From assembly GCA_963820525.1 (NCBI GenBank), contig CAWGAA010000001.1, forward strand, positions 96,001-160,000: a stretch of DNA of 64,000 nucleotides, written 5' to 3'. The notes under the pieces are model-generated. The model had not been told where the DNA came from. It was given only the letters and a program-made list of their open reading frames with translations, and made no database searches. The stretch's first letter is position 1. Each line of letters begins with the position of its first letter. Both the position numbers and the translations under genes were made by a program. This document shows, in pieces, positions 30,170-38,336 of this stretch. Source of the stretch: an uncultured Spirochaetota bacterium. Lineage in GTDB: Bacteria; Spirochaetota; Spirochaetia; SZUA-6; Fen-1364.

Positions 30170-31940
30170 AGGGCGCAAGAGCTTCCTCCTCGTCCCCGCG
30201 GGAGGCAACGGAGAGGGCGTCGGCCACCTGATGCGCTGTCTTTCTCTGGCGGAGAAGCTTTCCGGCAATTGCACGCTTCTCACCGCTTCGCTGTCGGAGG
30301 ATGCGCGGGCAATTCTGCGAAACCGGGAGGTCTCGGGGGGATACATTCCTCCCCGCGTCGATGCGCTTTCGGACGGGGATCGATTCGATATCGTGCTTCT
30401 GGACAAGAGGCGCACCACATCCGGTGAAGAGGCCTTTTTCTCCCGGTTCGGGACCGTGGTCTGCCTCGATGAGGGAGGTGAAGCGAGGCGTCGCGCTTCG
30501 TATCTCATCGCGGCTCTTCCCGCTCCCCCGGCAGCGGTGAGCGACAACATCGCCTCCCTCGCCTTCCTCGATCTTCCCCCGCGGAGGCGAAAAGTCGAGC
30601 TGCCCATCCGCCGCATCCTCGTGAGCTTCGGGGGCGAGGACTCAAGCGATCTCAGCGGCGCCTTCCTGGACGCCGTTCTCTCCCGAGGGATTTTCCCCGC
30701 GGAGGCGATCACGGTGGTGGAAGGGCCCTTGTTCGGGAGAAAGATCTGGCCGCAGGGCGTGAAGGTGGTCCAGGGCGCCTGGCGGCTGACCGATCTTTTG
30801 TGCGAGCACGATCTTGTTGTAACGCACTTCGGGATGACGGCGCTGGAGGCTCTGGCGCTCGGCGTCCCCGTGGCCCTGCTCAGCCCCACCAGGTACCACG
30901 GCTCGCTTTCCTCGGTCATCCAGGCGCCCACCATCGGCGTGGGCAAGCCCGACATGGGGGCGATGCGCAGCCTGCTCGGCCGTCAACGGACCCTGGTGGA
31001 AGCTGTCGAGCGTTTCCAGCTCAGGCTCCAGGCGGAGCGGGGAACAAGCCTCGCGGGATACCTGTCGCGGCTTTCCGCCGGAAGCGGCCGCCGTTGTCCC
31101 GTCTGCCGCTCGGATGGAAATAACGTCATCGCCCGGTTCGCCGAGCGCACGTATCGAGCCTGCCCCGCCTGCCGCCTGACATATCTGGAGAGCTTTGCCG
31201 CAGAATCGCCGCGCTATGACGGAGAGTACTTCGGCGAGGAGTACCGCCGCCGCTACGGCAGGACGTATCTCGAGGATTTTCCTTCCATCAAGGAGACGGG
31301 AAAAGCGCGGATGAGAGTTCTTCGCCGGCTCCTTGGTGGGGATGCCTTGGGCACGCTGCTCGACATCGGCTGTGCATTCGGTCCCTTTCTGGATGCGGCC
31401 CGGGAATCGGGTTTTTCCCCCTTCGGCGTGGATGTATCCGAGGAAGCGGTCGCTTATGTGCGCCAGCGGCTGGGCATTCCCGCTCTCTGCGGCAGCTTCG
31501 AAGAGCTCCGAATGGATGACCTCCCTCCCGGGCCGATCCGAGCCGTCACTCTCTGGTACGTGATCGAGCACTTTCAAGACCTTGGCGGCTGCCTGAAAAA
31601 GGCCGCCTCTCTTCTTCAGCCGGGCGGAGTGCTCGCGTTCTCTACCCCCAACGGCCGCGGAATCTCGGCGCGTAAGGACATGCGCGAATTCCTCCTGAAA
31701 AGCCCCGCGGATCACTACTCCATTCTTTCGCCTCGCGGCCTCTCCCGCATTCTTGCCCGCTTCGGCTTCGACCTTGCCTTTGTCCGGGTAACGGGGCACC
31801 ATCCCGAGAGGTTTCCCTCCCCGCTCGGAGGCCTCGCGACGAGAGGCGGCGCCTTGGCCGGCGTGCTCGCCGCTGTGAGCGGGATTCTGGGCCTCGGGGA
31901 TACCTTCGAAGCATACGCGGTCAAAAGGAACGCGGCGTGA
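30162..31940 (+). CDS. PseG/SpsG-like GT-B domain fused to zinc-finger class I SAM methyltransferase
   Basis: GVGHLMRCLSLA, ILVSFGGED; CPVC..CPAC; LLDIGCAFG, VIEHF, LLQPGGVL. Confidence 0.75.
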   Translation: MHEGRKSFLLVPAGGNGEGVGHLMRCLSLAEKLSGNCTLLTASLSEDARAILRNREVSGGYIPPRVDALSDGDRFDIVLLDKRRTTSGEEAFFSRFGTVVCLDEGGEARRRASYLIAALPAPPAAVSDNIASLAFLDLPPRRRKVELPIRRILVSFGGEDSSDLSGAFLDAVLSRGIFPAEAITVVEGPLFGRKIWPQGVKVVQGAWRLTDLLCEHDLVVTHFGMTALEALALGVPVALLSPTRYHGSLSSVIQAPTIGVGKPDMGAMRSLLGRQRTLVEAVERFQLRLQAERGTSLAGYLSRLSAGSGRRCPVCRSDGNNVIARFAERTYRACPACRLTYLESFAAESPRYDGEYFGEEYRRRYGRTYLEDFPSIKETGKARMRVLRRLLGGDALGTLLDIGCAFGPFLDAARESGFSPFGVDVSEEAVAYVRQRLGIPALCGSFEELRMDDLPPGPIRAVTLWYVIEHFQDLGGCLKKAASLLQPGGVLAFSTPNGRGISARKDMREFLLKSPADHYSILSPRGLSRILARFGFDLAFVRVTGHHPERFPSPLGGLATRGGALAGVLAAVSGILGLGDTFEAYAVKRNAA

Positions 31941-33559
31941 AAACAGTGCTCATTCTGGGCGGCGGAATCATGCAGGTTCCGGCTGTGCGGATAGCCAGGC
32001 AAAAAGGCTGGCGCGTCGTGGTGGCAGACGGAAACGAGAACGTCGTTGCGCGGGCAATGTGCGATTCTTTCGAGCGCGTAGACCTCAAGGACAAGGAAGG
32101 GATGCTCCAGCTTGCCCGCCGGCTGTCAGCCGGGGGAGGGCTCGACGGGGTGTTTACGGCCGGCACCGATTTTTCGGCAACCGTGGCCTGGGTGTGCGAG
32201 AGGCTCGGCCTGCCGGGCATATCCTACCAGACTGCCCAAAGGGCGACCGACAAGTTTCTCATGCGCACGGCCTTCCAGGCCGCCGGGGTCCCCATCCCGC
32301 GCTTCATGGGCGTGTCGGTAGAAGACGATCTTTCGCGCCTAGCCCCCGCTTTCCCGTTTCCCGTGGTCGTGAAGCCGGTGGACAACATGGGAGCCCGGGG
32401 GGTGCGCCGCATCGATTCACTCGAACAGTTAGCGGCGGCCTTAAGGGCAGCTGTGGCCCTGTCCCGGAGCGGCAGGGCGATCGTCGAGGAGTTCATGGAC
32501 GGGCCCGAGCTGAGCCTCGACGCTATCGTGTACCGCGGGCGGATCACCATCTGCGGCGTTGCCGACAGGCATATCAGATTCCCTCCCTACTTCGTCGAGA
32601 TGGGCCACACGATGCCCACGGCCCTGGAGACGGAGCAGGTGGAGGCTGCCGAGCGCGTCTTTTCCGAGGGGATACGGGCGCTCGAGATAGACAACGGCGC
32701 GGCCAAGGGGGATATAAAGCTCTCCAGCTCCGGCCCGATGGTGGGAGAGATCGCCGCGAGGCTCTCGGGCGGCTACATGTCGGGCTGGACATTCCCGCTC
32801 TCGAGCGGCGTGGAGGTGACCTCCGCCGCGCTCGACATCGCCGTCGGGCTTGCTCCGGACGGCACCGCGCCCCGATGGAAGAAAACCTCCGCCGAACGCG
32901 CCTTCATCTCGATCCCCGGAACGATCAGAGGGATCGAAGGCGTCGAGCAGGCACGGACGGAGAAGGGTGTGCGGGAGATCTTCCTGCGGGTTGAGCCGGG
33001 GAGCAAGGTCACGTTCCCGACCAATAATGTCGAAAAGTGCGGGAACGTGATCAGCTGCCTGGATTCTCGCGCCGAGGCCGTTGCCGCGGCAGAGAAGGCC
33101 GCCTCCCGGATCCTTCTGCGGCTGTCACCCGAGAACAGCGAAACCGACGGCTTCCTTTTTTCAGCCCAGCTTCTTCCCGATGGGTGGGATGCATTCACCT
33201 TGAGCGATTCTTCGAACAGGGAAGCTCTCCAGGCCATGGCCCCGTTTCAGGGAGAGCCTGATGCGCTGTCTGCCGAGGGACCGATCAGAATCTGCCTGAT
33301 TCCTTCGGTTGACGGAGAGCAGGGGCGTGACTGGCACGGTCTCCCCCTTGTGGAGGCAATACGCCGTATCGGCGAGTTGTGCCGCACTGTTTTCCAGACG
33401 GACATGGGGCGGGGTGATGTTTTCGTCCTGGGGAGTGTCTTCTGGCGCGCAATTCTCCGCGGGGGCGTCCAGGGGGCCGTCTACCTCCTGGACAGCATCC
33501 GGGAAGCTTCGAAGCGGGGCGAGGCAGCGGGCATGCTGGGGAGAATATGCGGGGCTTGA
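31937..33559 (+). CDS. ATP-grasp domain ligase
   Basis: LGGGIMQ, DKFLMR, VVVKPVDNMGARGV, VEEFMDGPE, GEIAARLSGG. Confidence 0.85.
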   Translation: MKTVLILGGGIMQVPAVRIARQKGWRVVVADGNENVVARAMCDSFERVDLKDKEGMLQLARRLSAGGGLDGVFTAGTDFSATVAWVCERLGLPGISYQTAQRATDKFLMRTAFQAAGVPIPRFMGVSVEDDLSRLAPAFPFPVVVKPVDNMGARGVRRIDSLEQLAAALRAAVALSRSGRAIVEEFMDGPELSLDAIVYRGRITICGVADRHIRFPPYFVEMGHTMPTALETEQVEAAERVFSEGIRALEIDNGAAKGDIKLSSSGPMVGEIAARLSGGYMSGWTFPLSSGVEVTSAALDIAVGLAPDGTAPRWKKTSAERAFISIPGTIRGIEGVEQARTEKGVREIFLRVEPGSKVTFPTNNVEKCGNVISCLDSRAEAVAAAEKAASRILLRLSPENSETDGFLFSAQLLPDGWDAFTLSDSSNREALQAMAPFQGEPDALSAEGPIRICLIPSVDGEQGRDWHGLPLVEAIRRIGELCRTVFQTDMGRGDVFVLGSVFWRAILRGGVQGAVYLLDSIREASKRGEAAGMLGRICGA

Positions 33560-34590
33560 GAGCGCTCGCGATCCTTCTTCTGATTCTCCCGGCAGTCGTC
33601 TGTCTTTCCGAGGACCGCGAGATTTCCTCGGTCCTGGATGAGCTGGACGCGACCCTTGAATGGAACCCCCTGCGGGAGATCGGCGTGATTCTCATTGGCG
33701 GTGACCGTGTCGCGTTCAAGGTGGGCTTCCCCCTGGCCCTGGTGAACTACGACCAGAAGGTCGACATCGACGCTCCGCTCAGGCGCGACGGCGGGATCAC
33801 TTTCACGGCGGACGCCGTACGCGTCATCAAGGAAGCCCTCATCAGGAGCAGGTTCCAGCGCACGAAAGAGGGCTTCCGGGTTTCCACGATCCTCATCGAC
33901 CCCGGCCACGGGGGGACGAACCCCGGCTCCGTGGATGAGATCGTGCGCTCAGGAAAGAAGATCCAGATCCGGGAGAAGGATGTGGTCCTCTCCATTTCCC
34001 AGGAGCTCTCCGGAAGGCTCGAGGGACAGTACCCGGACAAAAAGATCCTCTTCACGCGGTCCACTGACGAGTACGTCTCCCTGGAGAAGAGGACCGATAT
34101 GGCGAACGCGCTCCTGGCAAAGACGCCCGACGTGATCCTCTACGTATCCATTCACGCCAACCGCACGGCGTTCAATGCGAAGGCATCCGGTTTCGAGGTT
34201 TGGTATCTGCCTCCCGAATACAAGCGGACCCTTCTCGACGAAAAGAGCACGGGCAAGGAGAACCTGGACATCCTGCCCATCCTCAACAGCATGTTGGAGG
34301 AAGAGATCTCGGTGGAGAGCATCATCCTGGGCCGCGCGATACTCGAGGGCATCGACGCCAAGGTCGGAAAGCTCACCGCCAACCGCGGCTTGAAGGAGGA
34401 GTCCTGGTACGTGGTTCGAAACGCCAACATGCCCGCAGTCCTCGTGGAGGTGGGTTTCCTCTCGAACCCCGAGGAGGCGGGGCGGCTGTCGGATCCCGCG
34501 TACTTGAAAGACATCGCCGAGGGCATATACAATGGGATCCGGTCCTTCATTTCAAACTTCGAAGCAACCGGGAGTCCAGGTGCTCGATAA
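33547..34590 (+). CDS. N-acetylmuramoyl-L-alanine amidase (Amidase_3)
   Basis: IDPGHGG, REKD, SLEKRT..AN, VSIHAN, MPAVLVEVGFLSN. Confidence 0.92.
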   Translation: MRGLRALAILLLILPAVVCLSEDREISSVLDELDATLEWNPLREIGVILIGGDRVAFKVGFPLALVNYDQKVDIDAPLRRDGGITFTADAVRVIKEALIRSRFQRTKEGFRVSTILIDPGHGGTNPGSVDEIVRSGKKIQIREKDVVLSISQELSGRLEGQYPDKKILFTRSTDEYVSLEKRTDMANALLAKTPDVILYVSIHANRTAFNAKASGFEVWYLPPEYKRTLLDEKSTGKENLDILPILNSMLEEEISVESIILGRAILEGIDAKVGKLTANRGLKEESWYVVRNANMPAVLVEVGFLSNPEEAGRLSDPAYLKDIAEGIYNGIRSFISNFEATGSPGAR

Positions 34591-35086
34591 ACTGATCCTG
34601 CTCAGCCGCATCCGGCTCGGCCGTGGAGCGGCAATAGCCGGGGCGTCTCTTCTGGGAGTGCTCGCCCTCTCCCTGCTCGTGTTCCTCATTGCTGGCAACG
34701 GCCGGGTGAAGCGGGTGCTCTTTTTCCCGTTGGACGGCTCGGGGAGGCTCGTCGCCGAGGAGAGGTTCCTCACCAATCGGCATGAACTGGAGGGCGACAT
34801 GCGGGAGCTCGTCGAGGAGGAAATCCTCGGGCCCGTGAGGCATGACGCGGGCCTGCTCATGCCCCGGGACGTGACCGTACGCTCCATCTTCGTCAGGAGC
34901 AGGGTCGTCTACCTCGATCTCTCGGCCGATTTCCTGCGCGCCGGGCCGGAGTATCCCGTTCACGGACGGGAAGCCCTTTCCGCCCTGGAAAAGGCCATCG
35001 GCTTCAACTTCCCCGGCGTGCGGGAAGTCTTCATCACCATCGGCGGCCAGTCGCCCCGCTTCGGGGACGAAAAGAAAATTCGTTGA
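34580..35086 (+). CDS. GerMN-domain membrane-anchored protein
   Basis: N-terminal TM; VLFFP, ELVEEEILGP, VVYLDLS, V.ITIGG. Confidence 0.7.
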   Translation: MLDKLILLSRIRLGRGAAIAGASLLGVLALSLLVFLIAGNGRVKRVLFFPLDGSGRLVAEERFLTNRHELEGDMRELVEEEILGPVRHDAGLLMPRDVTVRSIFVRSRVVYLDLSADFLRAGPEYPVHGREALSALEKAIGFNFPGVREVFITIGGQSPRFGDEKKIR

Positions 35087-35110
35087 CAAACAATACCGGC
35101 TCGCTATAAT
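35083..35110 (+). promoter_or_regulatory. Consensus sigma70 promoter of flaA
   Basis: TTGACA(35083)-16 bp-TATAAT(35105); second TATAAT at 35119; RBS AAGGAG before ATG 35154. Confidence 0.85.
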
Positions 35111-35153
35111 TGAATCTGTATAATAACGGGAATTTATTCGAAAGGAGCATCGA

Positions 35154-36176
35154 ATGAAACGGCTGTTCATTATGATCGTCCTTGGGCTCTTCCTTGCCGC
35201 ACTCGCCTCATTCGCGGATGAATCTGTGCTCATCGACTTCACGAAACTCTCCGCCGACGCAACGATCGGCAAGGCTTCCGCACCCAACGAGAATGGAGCC
35301 ACTCTCGTGGACTTCAGCACGGTGGCCGGCGCGAGCTTCACCGATGAGGAGAAGGCAGCAATGAAGACATCCCTCGCTCTGGGGAACTGGGACGTCGTGC
35401 TCGCCTCCTCGTCGCGGACCGTCGCCAACCAGGCCTTCTCCTTCACGAAAGAGGCCGCCATGAAGCCCACGGCCAAACCCTTCAACGGGGAGGAGATGGC
35501 CAACAAGAAGGTGATGGGAATCCGCATCCACTTTCCCGTCGAGACCTTCAATTCCTGGGCCATGATTCAGCCGCCCTTCGATATTCCGGCCTACGCGGAC
35601 AAGGACCAGCTTCAGGGCGACAAAATCGTGATTCCCGACGCCGAGAAAGGCCTCGGACACAAGTTCGAGGACGGGTATGGTGTGATCAAGAACGTGGGGA
35701 TCGTCAAGTCCATCAGCGCCACCGTCTACGGCTCGAACTTCCCCAACGGCTTCGGCATCAGGCTCCTCGATCAGGACGGAAACGAGCAGATGATCTTCAT
35801 GGACTACCTCCAGTTCGACGGGTGGAGGACCCTCACCTGGGACAACCCCAACTACATCACGGACGTTCGAAACAGGGAGATGAAGAAGTTCCCCCTCTAC
35901 CCCAAGAGCGAGCCCTACGTGAAGCTGGGCGGCGTCGTCATCTATCGCGACTCGACCCAGGAGGGAGGTGACTTCGTGTCCTATTTCAAGGATATCAAGG
36001 TCACCTACGACAAAGCCGTCCTCAGCACGGAACGCGACATCAACGACGAGGCGATCTGGGGAATCCTGCAGGCCCGCACGGAGGCGAGAAGACTCGCCGA
36101 GCTCAAGCGGGTGGGGAACCTCCAGGTGCTGCGCTACATAGAGAAGCTGAAGATGGATCAGGGCAAGGCCCCATAA
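35154..36176 (+). CDS. flaA: Flagellar filament outer layer (sheath) protein FlaA
   Basis: Signal peptide, ESVLIDFTKL, WDVVLASSSR, MGIRIHFP..NSWAMIQPPFDIPAY, GVIKNVG, FDGWRTLTWDNPNYI. Confidence 0.95.
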   Translation: MKRLFIMIVLGLFLAALASFADESVLIDFTKLSADATIGKASAPNENGATLVDFSTVAGASFTDEEKAAMKTSLALGNWDVVLASSSRTVANQAFSFTKEAAMKPTAKPFNGEEMANKKVMGIRIHFPVETFNSWAMIQPPFDIPAYADKDQLQGDKIVIPDAEKGLGHKFEDGYGVIKNVGIVKSISATVYGSNFPNGFGIRLLDQDGNEQMIFMDYLQFDGWRTLTWDNPNYITDVRNREMKKFPLYPKSEPYVKLGGVVIYRDSTQEGGDFVSYFKDIKVTYDKAVLSTERDINDEAIWGILQARTEARRLAELKRVGNLQVLRYIEKLKMDQGKAP

Positions 36177-36202
36177 GGGAAGCCCACTCATTGCTGCTCA
36201 TG

Positions 36203-36232
36203 AGAAAGGCCCCCGAAAGGGGGCCTTTCTTT
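36203..36232. terminator. Bidirectional intrinsic terminator
   Basis: AGAAAGGCCCCC-GAAA-GGGGGCCTTTCT hairpin between convergent genes. Confidence 0.9.
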
Positions 36233-36289
36233 ATCGCTGGAATGCCGCCTACGAACGGCGGCTCTCTTTGCCCTGTCTTCGCGCGGCCT

Positions 36290-37483
36290 TTAGAACTGCG
36301 CTATCACCGCCAGCTCACCGGCGAAATCCTTGGGGGCGAGGGGCCACTCCATGGTGACGTCGACCTTGAAGTTCCATTCGATCCCCATGGTGACGAAGCT
36401 GATGTAGGGGGATTCCATGAGGGCGAAGCTCCCGCTCTCCGAGACGAAACGGAAATTGCTCTCCACGCCGCCCCGAAGCCCGTATTTTGTCAGGTCCCCC
36501 AGGGAAAGGTCGAGATTCACGTCAAAAGACCCGGTCTGATTCGTCGGCTGCTGGTCGTAGTAGCCGGGATGCCAGAAGAAGGTGGGAACGATCGAAAAGA
36601 TCCCGAGGTGAAGGCGCGGCTCGAAGAGGAGGTAGAACAGGTTGATCGAGAAGGATACATCACGGGAAGGGTCGAAGTTGGGGACACCGATCTGGGCCAT
36701 GAACTCCACGTTTTCGCCGCCCGAAGCGTAGAAGAGAACTCCTCCTCGGTAGATGCCGTCTGGGGTCTTCCCTGAAGGACCGAATGTCGCGCCAACAAAG
36801 CTTTCCAGCTTCACGCTGCCGAGGTCGGCCAGGGCCCGAAGGTCCCCGGAGTAGAACCCGGGAAAAAGAACGCTCATGCTGTTGAAAGGCGGTGGAAGCG
36901 GAAGCGGAAACACCTCTACGAAATTCGTATCCTCGTACGCATAGAGGGAGAAAAGAAGAGCCTCCTTGGCCGGCGTGAAGTCCAGCCGCCCGCCGGTGCC
37001 CTTGATCTGGTGAATCCCGTCGTACTGGGGTCCCTGCGGGAAATACAGGTAGCCCTTGTAGCGAGTCGAGATTTCCGGAGAGCCGAACACGGCGGCAAAC
37101 TCGTCTCCTTCGCAGAGGTAGTCGTTCACCCCGACGAACCAGGAGAAGGAGAGGGGAAGGGAGAAAAGCTCGTTTGCCGTAATGCTCAAGCCCTTGAAGG
37201 CCAGGCTCCCCGGGGAAGGCTGCTCGAGGAAGGAATTGAGGTAGGTAAATGTCACGCGGCCGCCGAACTTCACGCCCCCGTCAAAGGCCAGGTCCATCTG
37301 TCCCCACGTGGTGATGGCGAAGACGTCTCCCAGGCCCAGGCTGGAGTAATCCTGCATGCTCCCCCGCGTCACGACATCGAAAGTGGAAACGATGACGTTC
37401 GCCGCCCGCGCGGCCGCAGGAACGAAGAGGAGCAGAGCGAGCGCGATCAGGCCGCCCGTCGCCCCCTTTGCGCATCTGGCCAT
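36290..37483 (-). CDS. Putative outer-membrane beta-barrel protein
   Basis: Signal peptide (AAARA), alternating aromatic/Gly beta pattern, C-terminal Phe; RBS AAGGAGG. Confidence 0.6.
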   Translation of the reverse strand: MARCAKGATGGLIALALLLFVPAAARAANVIVSTFDVVTRGSMQDYSSLGLGDVFAITTWGQMDLAFDGGVKFGGRVTFTYLNSFLEQPSPGSLAFKGLSITANELFSLPLSFSWFVGVNDYLCEGDEFAAVFGSPEISTRYKGYLYFPQGPQYDGIHQIKGTGGRLDFTPAKEALLFSLYAYEDTNFVEVFPLPLPPPFNSMSVLFPGFYSGDLRALADLGSVKLESFVGATFGPSGKTPDGIYRGGVLFYASGGENVEFMAQIGVPNFDPSRDVSFSINLFYLLFEPRLHLGIFSIVPTFFWHPGYYDQQPTNQTGSFDVNLDLSLGDLTKYGLRGGVESNFRFVSESGSFALMESPYISFVTMGIEWNFKVDVTMEWPLAPKDFAGELAVIAQF

Positions 37484-37500
37484 GGGCGTCCCTCCTTTTC

Positions 37501-38214
37501 CTATGATGAGATCCGCTTGAAAATATAGCGCTCGAGGGCCGTCTTATCCGCGGCACCGAGAGTCTCGAAGCGCAGGGCGAGCACGTTGGCCTTGAAGAGC
37601 ACAATGATGGCGCTCGGAGAAAGCTCGCGGGGGCCGAGGGAAAACTGAAGGCGCGACACCCTCGTTCCCCCCGTAAGCGTTTCGGCCGGGGGCGGGTTGA
37701 GCAGCTCGACGGCTATTCCGCCGAGGCTGATGTCCAGAATCTTTCCGGAGACGAGCTGGGAGTGGACGGGCAGACGGAAATGCACGCGGATCATCTCCTG
37801 GGGATCAGGCTTCACGCGGATGTGCTTTCTCTGGGTATTGTGCTCCGCCAGCTTGTCGAGAATGCTCGCGAGCTTCGCGCGCGCTGCATCCTCGTGGAAG
37901 GGCTTCAGCAGATAGCCCGTCACGCCGGCCTCGATCATCTTCACCACGAAGTCCTTGCTCGCCTGCACCGTATGCACGATGATGGGGAGGTTCTTTACGG
38001 CATCCCTCTCCTTCATCTCCGTGATGAGCCGCATGCCCTCGACTTCCTGATTGTCGATGTCGACGATCGCTCCCTGGATGTCTTTTTCAGACTGAAGAAT
38101 CTCCCAGGCGGCGGCCCTCGTCGCCACCGGTCTTCCCTTTATCCCGAAGGAGAGCAGCACGTAGCAGAGAGCTTCCCGTACCGATAGTGAGCCCTCGACG
38201 ACGAGAAAACTCAA
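37501..38214 (-). CDS. Response regulator with REC and PilZ domains
   Basis: REC: IVDID (phospho-Asp), IIVHT, YLLKPF; PilZ: RKHIR, DISLGG. TTG start after GGAGGT (alternative GTG at 38223). Confidence 0.85.
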   Translation of the reverse strand: MSFLVVEGSLSVREALCYVLLSFGIKGRPVATRAAAWEILQSEKDIQGAIVDIDNQEVEGMRLITEMKERDAVKNLPIIVHTVQASKDFVVKMIEAGVTGYLLKPFHEDAARAKLASILDKLAEHNTQRKHIRVKPDPQEMIRVHFRLPVHSQLVSGKILDISLGGIAVELLNPPPAETLTGGTRVSRLQFSLGPRELSPSAIIVLFKANVLALRFETLGAADKTALERYIFKRISS

Positions 38215-38238
38215 AACCTGCACCTCCGTTTTCGGGAC

Positions 38239-38326
38239 ATAGTATATGTTGGGCGGTGAGGAGTCAACACTATCGCGGCTCTTCCATCGAGGCCTCGCTT
38301 GACTTTAGCAATGAGATAGCTAAAAT
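38239..38326. promoter_or_regulatory. Back-to-back sigma70 promoters (REC-PilZ and che operon)
   Basis: Minus: TTGACT(38267-62)-17-TACTAT(38244-39). Plus: TTGACT(38299)-16-TAAAAT(38321). Confidence 0.65.
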
Positions 38327-38336
38327 GTTCTTTAGA

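Noticed and set aside
35083..35124. sigma70 rather than sigma28 promoter at a flagellar filament gene as a novelty
   Set aside because: Spirochaete flaA genes are already known to use sigma70-type promoters
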